A DNA stretch of 63,485 bases, filler included, from Perkinsus chesapeaki ATCC PRA-425 (taxonomy: Eukaryota > Protista > Perkinsozoa), in assembly GCA_013115145.1 (NCBI GenBank). It is 6 parts of 6 records of this genome, joined end to end, with 100 filler letters (N's around TTAATTAATTAA, not from the genome) between each part and the next. Parts side by side here need not be neighbours in the genome. Positions count along the whole stretch, not along the records: positions 22,594 to 42,282 come from JAAPAO010000635.1; 5 more parts are not named here. One strand, given 5' to 3'. Below the pieces are notes generated by a model. It saw only the letters and a program-made list of their open reading frames with translations. It was not told the origin of the DNA and made no database searches. Positions 26,901 to 40,330 of this stretch are shown here, one piece after another. The translations under genes and the position numbers were made by a program. Numbering within the stretch: position 1 is the stretch's first letter; each line of letters starts with the position of its first letter.

Positions 26901-29900
26901 CGAGTTTTTTGATGGTGAGTCTGATGGCGGCCTCGGGGCGGACGAGTCAGCGGGTGTGCTATAAGTGTTTATGAAACGGCGGGCAAGATTCTTATTAGGT
27001 TAAGTATGGTATGATAGCAGGTATATATAATAAATTAGTAACACAATATTATTAATAATACTGTCTTACTAATTTATAATATATTATAGACTAACGCCTG
27101 TGTGATGGGAAGTCATTTGTGATGATAATTTGGTTCATAAAATGTGACCACAGAAATTTTGATATCAGGTGAATTGAATAGTTTGATTTAATACTTGCAA
27201 AAAGCGAACGGTTGATCGATTTGTATTGTATGATCACACATATATGTATTCTGACCTAATGTTCATTAGACCAATTCTGGATTCAGAATCGATTCCAGCT
27301 GCATCGAATTTTACGTGTAAAAGGAGTTCTGGAATCGATTCTGAATTTAAAAAAACTGTTTATTGAACGATCCCTGAAACGGCGCGCTGGAAAAAGGTTT
27401 TTTGATGTACAGTGTCTTTCTGTTAGCAATCCTTCCGAAGACGTTACCGTCCTTACCGGTCACAATGCAAGTGACGGTATTATTGTACAGTCTAGTCCAG
27501 GTAGGGAGGAGGAGTATCTTTATTCGATATCTTTCCAGTAGGTTGTAGATGATGTCCCTCGGTTGGCTGCACCAGCTTTGGTTAATTTGACTAAGATAGG
27601 TAAGTGTGGGTAAATGTTACTGAGGTTTTGGCGAACATGTGAACTACCTGACTATGGTTGGATATTGAGCAAATGGCGATTGGCGGTGTATTCTTATTAT
27701 TATTTTGTTGTTGTTGTTGTTGTTGTTGACAGGTACATATTTGAGTGCGGAAGAGTTCAAGCGGGATTTGCTGCCGACTGTACTTAAGTTGTTTAGTTCA
27801 CCTGATCGTAAGTGGATTTACTCACTAGCTGTTACTCGGGACTGTTATTTTAATCAACTATCATCATCATCATCATTCAACGACTAAGAACATCTCCTCC
27901 GCGGATAATACTTAACAGCCACGGCTCAAGNNNNNNNNNNNNNNNNNNNNNNNNNNNNNNNNNNNNNNNNNNNNNNNNNNNNNNNNNNNNNNNNNNNNNN
28001 NNNNNNNNNNNNNNNNNNNNNNNNNNNAAGTCTATTAATACCTAACAGCCACGGCTCAAGTCTATTAATACCTAACAGCCACGGCTCAAGTCTATTAATA
28101 CCTAACAGCCACGGCTCAAGTCTATTAATACTCCCTGAAATACATCCTTGCCCTAAAGTTGCCCAGCTAGATATCTTCTCCAGAAAGATAGTGAATAATA
28201 GGTCATTTTTATGCCCACTTTTATCGGTGCGCAGTTCGGACATGCAGCGTTGATTCCCTTAGGAACCATTCGGTATCGTCTGTTGTGCAATATGGAGGTC
28301 TACGTCGACCATATGGACAATAAGGTCGTGGAGAATACACTGTAAGGGGGCGGGCATCTAGTTTCGTGGCGCAGTGACGGAGCTTTCTTCTTCTACAGTT
28401 ACCCAGAGATTTCTAGTGGTTTTAATGACTCACATAGTGCTATACGAGAACAAACGCTGAAGTCTATTGTAGGTGGATGATTTCGTGGCGCGTGAGAAAT
28501 GGTGTGCGTTAGGTTTTACTGGCGCCTAAATTAAAAACGTCAACGGTCACTAATAAAGTGCTCAAGAATTTGACCAAGCTCCAAGGGGATCCGGAGCCAT
28601 CAATTCGTAAGATTCCTAATAGGTTACTTGGCAACCCATTTGATCGATTTGTTTCCAGGCACCAACACAGCAATTTGCATCGGGAAAATATCTGATTATT
28701 TCGATCCTGCCCAGAAACCTCAGGTGGACTATGGCGACGTTTTTGCAGTTTTTCTATCAGAAATTATTCATAGATACTCCTGAATGCCTTCGTGACCGGT
28801 ATGAAGGACAGCTTCCCTCCGTGCCGTATTGCGTGTATTCAAGCGCTTCAGGCCACGGCTAGCATTTATAACCCTGCTGAGCTCGGCGGAAAGGTAAACT
28901 GTCTTACTCTGGGGTTGAATTTACTGGGATATTTGAACTCGGAGTGTCGCTGTCTAACTTGGGACACTTAATTCGATCCAGTGAAACGGAAGCAACTTCT
29001 GTGTTGGCCCCCCGTCACTCGTTTCTCAGGCGCTACCGCTGTTATCTCTGCGATTGGTAGATCCAAGCCCCGAAGTTGAGGATGCTGCCTTTGAAGCATT
29101 ACAGCCGATAGTCAAGTAACGTGCCTTTATTGGTGGTAGCATTTTTATTCAGGACTGTCCGAGATGGTATGATGGAGGCTAGGAGGATTGCTAAAATGAA
29201 GCAAGAAGAGCAAGAGGATCATGGTGAGGCATCCGCGGTGTCGCACGGAGTTCCGGGTTCCACGGCCAACAGCAATGGTGTACAAAGCGTGTTTGGGAGG
29301 TCGGTCGAATGTGACGTCGAGATGGTGATTATTTCTGGACAGATTCGGCATGGGAATGTCTAAGAGTGGGCCGACTTCTGGTCGTATCGGTGATGACAGC
29401 CATGGAGTTTATTCTAAGATAGATGCCATGCCCGAAGGGTCGAGGCCAGCTTATACTAGGGATGATAATATCGAGGTGAGGGCGGAGGGATGGCTAAGAC
29501 CTCAACGGAATTGACACTAGGAATGCTCGGTCGTGTGGTTTTTATAGTCTTTACTGAAGACTTGAATTTTTTAATTGATAAAAAAGGTCGTTGAAGACTC
29601 TTCAGCGACCTCTCTTGGCAATAAAAAATGCGTAACTGGACACTCAAGTCCTCACGCTGTAGATTCCTGGTGCAGCGGAGAGCATGTTATTGTAGTTTGC
29701 TTAAAGGTAAATATATTACCGTCGAACTAGGCAGAAGCGTTTGTATCTTCGGACTCCGCGAGCTTCCCTAAGTAAGAGTGTTTAACACATACAAGCCAGG
29801 ATTTCGCAGCTCACAATTCTATGCTCATGTGCTGCCAGCAATGCATATCATTTCAATTCTATAACCAAGCCTCAGGTCATATCAACACGGCGAAAGCCTG

Positions 29901-30226
29901 CTCCAACAGAAAGCACAACGGCGGTGCCGGCAGCGGCACCCAAAATTGATCTTGATTTCGATGACAACCTTGACAACGTCGGTGATGATTTTTGGGGAGA
30001 CTTCGACGACGTACCCCTCCCCGAGGAGAACCATACGAGTAGCCACTATGTGCCGGAGAGTACAGACCTGCTTGGTGAATTAAATGGCGCGCAAGAAACG
30101 AAGCCGGTCGTGAAGAAGCCCGTTGAAGCTGGCACGGCGAGTGGAGTAAAGCCGACGAAGCAAAAGGAAACGAATCGGAAAATCAGCGAAGGCTGGGGAG
30201 ATGACTTCGATTGGGACAACTTCTGA
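23990..30226 (+). CDS. SCY1-like (SCYL1/CEX1) pseudokinase with HEAT repeats, multi-exon; start uncertain
   Basis: ARNAMNRMRALRHPNVLK, KLVH|GNLGPQSVFVTPKGEFRLGGFEL, LLPTVLKLFSSPDR, IRANTAICIGK-like exon, acidic C-terminus WGDDFDWDNF. Confidence 0.85.
27908..28131 (+). repeat. 30-bp minisatellite (AACAGCCACGGCTCAAGTCTATTAATACCT), spanning a 97-N gap inside a SCY1 intron
   Basis: About 3.5 identical units after the gap and a partial unit before it; no spacers. Confidence 0.9.
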
Positions 30227-30424
30227 TAATTGTAAACTGTCAATTATACATACCATTTCTTATCTTTATCAACGGAGATGCGTTATATTAATCCCGAATT
30301 CCATACCGCTCTTTTCTTTACTCTTTTATGTTCTCAACGTTTGCTACCTGTTCTAGTCGTTACTTCATACCGCTCTTTTCTTCATCTAGCGTTGTTTCTA
30401 CCATGACTCCATTCATTTTTTATA

Positions 30425-33400
30425 ATGAATAATCGCCCCTCAGCATCCTTTTCCTCAGCATCATATACCACCAATTTTCTTCCCTATATTATACCGGGGC
30501 CAGGCGGTCTCCTACGGACGTTCAGTCGTAGAGGAGGAGGAGCCACCAGTGACAGCAGCGACAGTGGGGCGGCAAGCGACCAGGATGATGACGAGTTCAG
30601 TGTGCCTGCTGGCTCCAGCTCTGGGTGAGTTCACAACTGTTGTTGGGGTATCTGCTGATAGTCTTCCTTACTTGGACGCGGTATTGAGGAAAATACGTTT
30701 TTTAGGAGACTAATAAAAAATCAATCGGGATTTTCGTGAAGATTTTGTCATTATTTGTTTCCTCGCCAGAATGTGTGGGCGATTTCATATGTGTATTCTA
30801 ATACGTGTTGCTATTCTAATGCTGTTCTATCAGGCGATATCACTCCTCTTCTGAGTTGTTATTCCGATCTATGTCGGGTGTATTGAGCGCGGGTCAGGCT
30901 ACCCCACGTGGAGGGGCATACAGTAAGAGGGAAGGTTGCATACTAGTTATCGCACTCTCGCAACTGGTATTTAGTACGGTGCCGGATTTAATACTTCCCA
31001 CGAGAAAAATGTCAAAATCTCAATTTGTTGACTTCACAAATGGCGAATGTAAAAAATAGTAAATTTCAGATTTCGGACGAAAACTTAATTTCCTAATACG
31101 CAGTAGTCGTCGAGACTATCATTAATCTGAAAATGAACTCATTTTTCTGAGACCCCTTAGAGTGTCTATTAAGGCGATCATTTGTTCAATTTTATTTCCT
31201 GTAATGATAGTATCGTCTTTTTCTTTTAATTGATATCATCCGAGCCTTGATGCAAGTATCCTTGATTTCCACGTCGACTCATCGGCAAATTTAATATACA
31301 TATTTCGAAGGAAGGTTATAAAAACCCCCTCGATGGTCTGAATAGTGCTGTCAATCTTACCTATCCGCGTAAAAATTCGGTCGATAGCGCGGAAAAAAGT
31401 ATCAAATAGTCGATGGCGGAATGTTATTATCTATTCTGCTGTTGTTCAGTGTTTCCTTTTCGTCGACGATCGAAGGTTGTTGAGTCTTCGGGAGGCGACA
31501 AGAGGCATCATGTAAGCAGCCATAGCAGCTGTCCATGTTAAGGCTGTTATTACTACCTCAGACAGGATCGTCCTCTACCAACCTCGGTGAGCCTCTCCTA
31601 CCCACCGTATCGGAAGGCCGAGCGCTTGAGAGCTTCGACAACGATGTAGTTCTGCCGAGGCGGAGGGCACATACAGGAGATGAGGCTGATCTGTAAGCAT
31701 TCCGCTCTCCTGTGGACACGGTAAAGTTCACGGTGCCAGAGTGTTGACAATGGCAAAAGGTCGGGCCAGCGCAAGTTGTTCGAGAATTATACTTCACTCT
31801 TCCGAGAGCGCAAAGTATTATTCATACTCATTGAATTCACTGTTCGTTCTGTGCGTGTGAGTATACGCACATTCACAGTGCGATACTCTGGTCTTTAAGC
31901 AAGGAATTCTGTGATAGGAAGTCCTACAGAAATTCCGATGCCCATATTTCAGGACGTATCTTTACGGCAGCTCGGATGCCTTATTTCCTCCCCCACGGAG
32001 TAAGGAAGATGCAGTGCGCAGTATGAGGACCACTTTAATGTCTACACTTGTACATTCTTATCGCTGTTTTGTCTGGGTATACCGCTCCTTCCTCTAACAC
32101 TCTTCAATTCAACCATTAGGTTGTCGTCAGCCTTGTAGTTGTATTAACTGTATCATATGCAGCGCTATTCATATGGGCGTTTGCAGAGGTCCTTACTGTT
32201 CATCGAGTAAGTCTATTATGGTTCATACCGACTTATCCATTATTTTATCCGCTTCAGTCTGATTGCGATCAACCTCTGCTGCCTTGGGTGGAAGTATATG
32301 TGCTGATAACATTTATTACTGATCCCCTACAGAATGGCCTGGAGTGGATCTATTGTAGACTTGTTCGAGGGGGAAGACCTCTGGCAGAATCAGGTAAGTC
32401 CTTGGAAGCTGAGATGAAACCGTTATGCATGATGAATTGCAGTGTGAGCAATAAAAGATGTTTTAAATAGTCGCGAGTGACCTTGAACTCTCATGAGTCA
32501 GCAAGTGCTTTATTCGTTGAACTGGAAAGCTCAATGGGGACCAAAACATCACCAATAATATGAACTAGCAAAAGGGTCGATGGTCTGTGGCTGCTCATGT
32601 GACTCTTAATCACAGCCACGCCGCCATTTGGGCAAAATTGCGTAGATACTAATGATGACCTGGGTGACCGCAGGGCTCGTTGGGCATTGATGTTTCCCTT
32701 CTCAGATGCTCTACCTCCTTTACTTGTATTATTCCGCAGTATCATCTCATTATTCTACCCTATATGGTTCGGGTAGAACTCTCGTGCGCATACGTGCAAA
32801 AAGATTCTTTTCAGATACGGTCTCCATCTTATATCGCAAACTCATACCTGCTATAAGACAGCCCCAAGCCTGTATGTTTTAGTGCAGTGCTTTGTATGGG
32901 TTGGTCTTCTAGTATGGACCCTTGCTGTGGTCGTCTTGTTCACAGTAAGGCTTTGAACATGTCAACTGTTATATTTCACATCTTCTCAGGTCCCACTGAC
33001 GCTCTGTTTGGTTAAGACGGGCTGGATAGAAGGACCAAATGCCGCTAAGAAAGGTAAATGAAGGTGTTCATGTGGCTTAGATTGAGCACCAAGATTCGTC
33101 TTAGAGGTTTTGTGGCTGGTGACTGCTCATATGTGACATTGCATTTTTGCGAGTAGGGTGTCAGCCGCCTAGCCCTGGTTACAAATTGCAGCCACGCGTC
33201 TTCTTGATTTTTTACACGTGATCGTCGATGGCATGGGTTTGGAAAGAAATCTCAGACGTCATCGCGGTATCTCGTCTGAGCAAACTTGTGGGATATTGTT
33301 GTTCCAGGTATTATCAATCGGATCAGATTGGTGCCGGCGGGGCCAAACGAGGGCACTTGTGCGATATGCGCCAAGAGTATGAGCTACTATGGAGATGAGG

Positions 33401-34004
33401 AAGGGGTTACCAGAACAGACCTCAGAACGTTCTTCAGTGACCATAATGAGGACTCCTCTGTACCGCCTACTGGTGGATTTGTTAGCGGCGATGTAAGCTA
33501 CGGTGTTTGACTCTGGGGGGGGGGGGAATCATGCAGTTTGTAGGGGTAGAAGGTTAACGCGATCTCATGTATTTGCGACTCGATTCATCATCCGCTACAT
33601 CGCACCCAATTTTCAAATACTGTATACGCTCAAGCTTGTGTACATATCGGTGAATCCTTTGTAGTGTCGCCGCCACCGTTCAGCATTTGGTATTATTATT
33701 ACAGTAAAACGGTGTGCTTTGTGCTTGGCTTATAATAAATAAGTTTATAATTGCAACTAATACCAATTTATGATGATACCAGGCATGGTGAAAGGTTCAT
33801 TAGACTTTAGTACCTTCCTCTTAGGCCTTCCTATCCCCATCAGATGGTCAGGCAGTGGACTCTCGATACCCTATGTTACGTGAACTCATCTGTGGTCATC
33901 GCTTCCATAGAGCATGCCTCAGTAGATGGCTTAATGCATCTCACACTTGCCCAGTGTGCCACCTTAACCTCGACAGAGCCTACGATCTCAACTATGATGT
34001 ATGA
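30425..34004 (+). CDS. Membrane-anchored RING-H2 E3 ligase, multi-exon (5' exons tentative)
   Basis: Exon 33286-33492 has CAIC; spliced exon 33852-34004 gives CGHRFHRACLSRWLNASHTCPVC; hydrophobic exon near 32885-32945. Confidence 0.7.
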
Positions 34005-34482
34005 GCCCTAGTTAGGGTTACCTCACTGCGATTAGAGAAAGGAGCGGTACCATTAATACCATATGTGGTCTCGAGACCGTTTATCTATAAAGTTTGCATC
34101 GTTACTGGTACTATTGCAGTTTCGTAATACCTCAGTGTGTTGATTTGAGTACATGTCAATTCTCTGTAGTCACTTCCTTTACATGCTTCCTCGACTTCAT
34201 CCAGCAGCAGCAGCAGCAGCTGCCGTGTCACATGCTGTAAGTTCTCCAGTAGGGATTCACAGATTATCTCATTTCCTAGTGTGCATAATTCCTGTGATGG
34301 TATGTATAATACATCTCATATCGGTATTCCGCATTCGAGCTTCACCATTCCCTTCTGAGTAACCGACGCAAAGCAAGCGAGTTGTGGAGGCGCAAAAATA
34401 GTCTTTTCTCCATTACCATTAAGCAACAATTTTATATTACCTCTTAGTAGGAATTCTAATCATATCTCCTCAGGTTGCCGAC

Positions 34483-37400
34483 TTGGGGAGACTAACCGTT
34501 CGGGCGATGGCCACACAGGCCGCCATTGTGGTCATCCCAAAGGACAGAGATTTTCCCCAGGAAAATGAGTCCGGTAAACTGTGGCACATGAAAGATGTAA
34601 AAACGAATCGCTTCGCTCCGCTTGTTAGATATATTAGAAGCTGGTTACGAGGCAGCCAGATTTCCTAAACCAGTGCTTCCGGAATTAAGGCGGATACACG
34701 AGCTAGAGCCTGACCGGATTCCTGCGGTACCAAAAAGCCTGCTTCGCACCGCTAAGAATTGTTTTTTATTAGGTATACAGAAAGTTGGCAGAGATGGCGA
34801 AAGCGGACCCCTCATCTGTTGAGATGCACTTTGCCGATTGGGAGGCTATAATGCGGTAAATCATGAGTTGCTTCGCTCCGCCTGCTTCCTACAGCTTTTC
34901 GAAGGTACACCATTAAAAACCAGCATTGCCTCCTACCTGAAGAGGTGACGGAAATTGTCGCGTGCCTCGCCAAAAGTAAAGTCCGCAACAAGGAGCTCGT
35001 GCAGGCTCTTAATCACAGGGTAACCGAAGCATAGCTATTTGCACTCAAGAGGGTTCTGATAGATACGGCGGACAGTACAGGGCCTTACTTCGGTAGAGCC
35101 GATGACAGAGATGGTGTACGCTTATCAGGAGATGGGATGGCGTGCAGCTACGACCATCAGGGCGTTTGCTAAGGTAGGCATGAAGTATGGCTTTGTGGAA
35201 ATTCGGTCAAAAACCTGGTATGGTTGTGAGTGTTCAGTAATACTTGAGAACGTTATAGAATTCTCATAAACGAGGTTTGCAGTATGACGCCAGCAAATAA
35301 GTAATGCTATATTTACAGTAGTAGGAGTGCTATTTAGTACTGTATCATGGCGGTCCTAGAGCAGGATAAGCAGTACGTTACTTACTGTAAGAAGTGCGAG
35401 CGTCAGATTCCACCTGCTGTCCTTTGCCCGTGGGTGAGATTATCCTTTGTATGGGATTGATAGTTCGATAAACAATGGACGTAAGCGAGCTGAGGGCAAC
35501 ATGGTCTTTAACACCGGTCATAGTGCAGGAGAGTTGCACTGTGAGTTGTCGCTTGTCATCTCCACAATGTGATGATTATTTAATATTGAAGTATTAGGGA
35601 GCGCTCAGTGGCTCCTATTTTCCTACACAAAACAGGTTCAGAAATAGCATCGAAATCATGCACTGTTCCCATGTTCACTTCCCTTCAGTATCTCTACGGC
35701 ACAAAAGCCGGTGTCCCGATTCGTCAGAGTTTCGGCCCACATGACCTCACTGGTTTCACTTGCGCATTTTCAAGGTTGCATATCCAACCCAAAGGCTGCA
35801 AGGTATGGCATCTTCCTTCGGGTTTTTGTTACATCTCCTTTGCCAGGCGTTCGAGAGCATGTGGAAGGATTTTGCTACAAGTCAGTTACCGAGGCTTGCT
35901 AGGCAAATGAACCCTCGACAGCTCGCTGCCACGTTAAACGCATTTGTTCAGGTAGGGGATTTGAGCTGTTGAAAATAGCGTAAAACGCGTAGTGTCTAGT
36001 GTCTAGCAGACAGTGTTTACTTTAATAGTGCATAATCAACATAATATTATATTGCGCATTGTATAGTTATTATAATACGTAGTATCATTCCGCGTGTTGG
36101 CCTAGTCTGTAGTCTCGTTCCTCACTAACTCCGTATAAGTGGTAACTCTGGATCCGGGGGTACTCAGGGTAGTAGAGATTATCTAGTTGAAAAATCGATC
36201 AATGTGTCCATGGTATTAAAAACTGGCGAGGTTGAGTTGGAGTTTTCCAACGCCTGCCTATGACAAGTGCTGTTCGAACTAGCAGCAGCAGCCTGACAGA
36301 TATTTCACCGCTCCGCCATGTGCCATTGAGATGTATCTTAGGTTGATTATCGAGCTGATAATGCATTTGAGATAGTTGCCAGAAAGGCTGCGGCCAAACT
36401 CGGTATATATAATAGTGAAGGATCCTCCAGTGATAATGGTGAGATTCACGCGCCCGAAAATTACCATGTTATCCACCTGTCAGATTGGCGACCGAAAGAT
36501 GTCGCGCTGCTCATCAATTCATACCATAAATTTCGCATTCGTCCTCTCCCCCTGCTGGCTGCAGTCTCCGATTACACAGTTGCTAACGCGAAGCACTTCT
36601 GTTCGCATTCGACGGCACTGGTGGGAAGTTCTTTGACATTCCAAAGGCTCAGCGACTTGGCAGGTTGTTAGCGCCCTTTGTCAACTGGACTACAATGACA
36701 GTCGCGTCTTCGCTGCTTTAACACCATTCATTTGCCGAGAAGTCCGCTACTATGATGCACAGGTGATTAAAATGCATCATGTGGGAATCGAACCTGCGCA
36801 TTGTTCTCAGGAGGTAGCGATGGTTACGCATGCATACGCCAAGATGGGATATCGGGAAGAAGTAAGCCGCTTAATGGTGCTTCGCTCCGCCTTATTTTCA
36901 TGAAGGTGCTTTTCGAACGCCTAGGGTCTATGTTTCTTCGGCTTATAGGAGAGGCAGACGGCAAGGCGCTCAGCATGGTTTGCTACGGGTATCTCTGCTT
37001 CTCTGACCTACTTTGTATCTTACTTGGTTCAACCTTAGATTCGCCCGTGCTGACGTTCGACATCCAGCTTTAGTGAAGGCTCTAAATGATGAAATCATAT
37101 TCAGAGGAACTGGTAAGCTTTACACTTGCGATCTACTACCACGGAGCTCCCCTGCTTGTTCGCACCATTTGCCCTTCAACAAGACCTTCAAGTTCCGTGC
37201 GTTTATATAACTGAAATTCTCCCATTTTTCCACCCCTGCCAATGGCGATGTGCGTTCCACCAGCCTTTGCTTTGAAGTGTTCCCCTCCATCCGAGTCTCT
37301 CGAGCATACAAGCTTTCCCTGGGGGCTGCCATGGTATACTGCCTTCCTCAGTCGGAGTTCGTTATCCACATCTTGCTCTCAAGTTGGAGTCCCTGAGGCT

Positions 37401-40330
37401 TATCGCCTGGGGTATGTCCAAGATGGCCATCGAGCACGATCAACGAATGTACCGCGGGCTTCAACTAGCGAACTTTAAGCGTTCCCGACCATCACGGTTC
37501 ACATAGTATACTGTTTGAAAAACGTCTGCAACGGTGGTGGACATATATATTCTTAATCCCCGTAATTCTCTTTATCGGATAGTGAATTAGTTTTGTGTAA
37601 GAACTTTCCTGACTTCAGCGCCACCAATTATACCAGTTAGTAGTCGTACGCTCATCGATTCGAACCTTGGACAGGCAGCAGAGGCACGTATCTAACTGCA
37701 GTGTCTTGGATCACCGGCCATAATATCCTATTAGGCTTTATTCCTATTAGAGCTGTCAACGTACTGTACCGTTCTTCGTGCAACACGACTGCTGCTGTCT
37801 TTCATTTTTCAGCAGCAGATGGTGTTCCAGCATTTGTTAGGTATTTTGTGCTTTATAATATGATTAAAGCAAGAGTGTATGAAGCTGTGTCGAATGAGCG
37901 ACTAAGGGAGAGAATAGAGTTATCCAAGGCTCGCAGGCATGCACGGAAACAGCGCTTGAAGGAGCCTAAAGAAGGCGACCGCCTGCCTGCCGACGCGATG
38001 CTGGCCAAAACTGATGTCAGTCTATCTTGCCATCCCAACAGCTGACAAAGCATATCTTTCAGGTGTCACCAAATGATCTTTCTGCAATTTTGGCAGCGTA
38101 CGCCCGTTCCAAAATGAACATGCACGGTAGGTTGCATCGAACCACTCGCGTGCAAATTGGAGCCTTATCAGGAATCAGTCAATATTTCTCGAATCGGCTG
38201 TATCACATGGTTGAGCGGACCTCTACATATAACCTTGGTTCGATCATGGTGGCGTTGGCAAAGTTTGAGCATAAGGACAAAAGGCTTGTGGATAAGATAC
38301 TTAAGGAGGTATCCAAGGTTGAAGCTTGCCTCTATTACTTTGGTGTGTAAGGTTCGTGCAAGGATTGCTCAGTGTAGCTGCAGCACTTTATCAGTGATGG
38401 CAATGTCATTGGGTATGATGAAGGTGTACAACAGGTACGGTTACTTCCAATAGCCTTCGGCTCTGCTATTGATCACGCAGGGCTTTCATGAGGGCGGCTA
38501 CCAAGCAGGCCACGTTGCAGCTGGCCAACTTCAATGAGACAGATTTGACAAACTGGTTTCTGTGCATCGGTGATTTTATGCAACTTTCCTACCTTTAACC
38601 GTTCTACATAGGTTCGCTTAATTACCGGGATGAGATTTTTGCTCGTCGCCTGGCCCAGACTGCCGCCCATAGGCTCCACGCCAACCTTTCAGTAGGCGGC
38701 GTCACGATGTGTATTGTGAACTACCAAAAACTAAGGTAAGTGTCATCTGAGCTTCGCTCCGCCTTCTTTGTAACATTTTCAGGATTCATGATCCAACTTG
38801 GTTCGATGCAGCATACAGGATGATTTTCGAAAAACAACACCAAATTTCTGACCCAAAACTGGCACCTGTTCTTCTCTACGGCATCGCCATCACTGATGTT
38901 GGGAAAAGCAATCCTTGGCAAGAGGCTGCCGTCCACGCACTACTCGGGGTTGCTAATCAATTGAGGTACCTGTCATCAGCGTGGACGCGTTATTGAGCAT
39001 CTCGGCCGCAGGAAGGATATGAGTTTCGCGTCTGTGGTTCAACTGCAGATCTTCGATCTGTGGGCGAGGCTGCTGGCACCGAAATCAATCATGGAGAAAA
39101 TGGAACGAGATGTGATGAGCTGATTATTAACTCGGCAAGTTGTTGTATGATACTCCTCAGCATCAAGATCTGTTGGCTCGAGCACGATCCTATAATACGG
39201 CAACAGATGACGTTATGGGACAGACGTCACAACTACATCGGCAAGTATCGAAATTCTTCACAATGGTTGGTCTGAGGCATCGAAATGAAGTTATCATTGG
39301 ACCCTACTCGATCGATGTGATATCGCTCATGCGTCGTTACTTGTTCGAAAACGACTGATGTTTTCAGATATTGGTTGGAGAATCTTTTGCTTTTGAAGTT
39401 GATGGTCCACATCACTTTTATCGTGATACCAGCATGAGGACAGCGTCGAGCCTTTTGAAGCACAAAATATTGGAAGCACTTGGATTCACTGTCATTCGTG
39501 TGCCCTATCAGGAATGGTCACAATGCGGTAAGAACAGCGGCGGTGGCTTATCAACAGATCCGTGCATATCCGAACTGCGGAATTATATTGATTATATAAT
39601 ATTCAGGCACACGAGAAAAACGGCTACGTTACGTCGGTTCCTTCTGGAAGCAGTTAATCGACGCCAAAGTGGTCACAGAAGAGATGCCTAAGGATGTTGC
39701 ACTAGGAGACATTTTGGAAGTCGCGGTAAGATTGGCAAGGTCGTGGCGGAAAATACTGTCACCACTGCTGTTAGATAGCAGATAGTCAAAGCGTTGAATC
39801 AGCCCATGATGTGATACAACGGCTTGCGAGACAGTTGAAGGACGACAACAGTACCAACAATAAACCATTCATTGACGACGCCATCGGTCAACAACCTATT
39901 CAAGGTCGTCATTCTAACGAGTGCTATCAGAGATAACTGAGCTGTTTTGTTCAGGAAATGATATTCCGTTACCTTCTCAATCCATCGATGATGAACCGCT
40001 TTTCTACAAGGTGTCGGAGGATGCTGACCTAGACGAGCGGATGAGAATTAGAGATGAAGCGGAGAAGGCAAGGATGAAAATAATTAAACAATTTGATGGT
40101 GCCGAAAGTCTAATGGAGTTGCAGCGTAAGTTGGCCGATGACAGCGCACACAAGGGCTATTGGCAGGATCGAAAGGCATTCGAGGGAGCCGAGAAGTCAA
40201 CTATGCATCGGACAATATCACAGAAGAGGTGGAGCATGACCTCTTTGACCGACGAAAGAGAGTAGGTGTCGGCGGCAGTCGTATAGATTAGGTATTTTAT
40301 CACTTTCAGAGCTGCCCCAGAAAGATGCGA
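34483..40330 (+). CDS. RAP-domain (OPR/HPR-like helical repeat) RNA-binding protein, multi-exon; ends approximate
   Basis: RAP motif FAFEVDGPHHFYRDT..SSLLKHKILEALGFTVIRVPYQEW at 39371-39530; helical-repeat exons (QLAATLNAF, DLSAILAAYAR, LGSIMVALAKF). Confidence 0.85.

Noticed and set aside
27908-28131. 30-bp repeat as a CRISPR array
   Set aside because: Units are directly adjacent with no unique spacers, there are no cas genes and the context is a eukaryotic intron
36780-36800. GGTTCGATTCCC T-loop on the minus strand as a tRNA
   Set aside because: No pairing T-stem, D-arm or acceptor stem; lies in a RAP-gene intron
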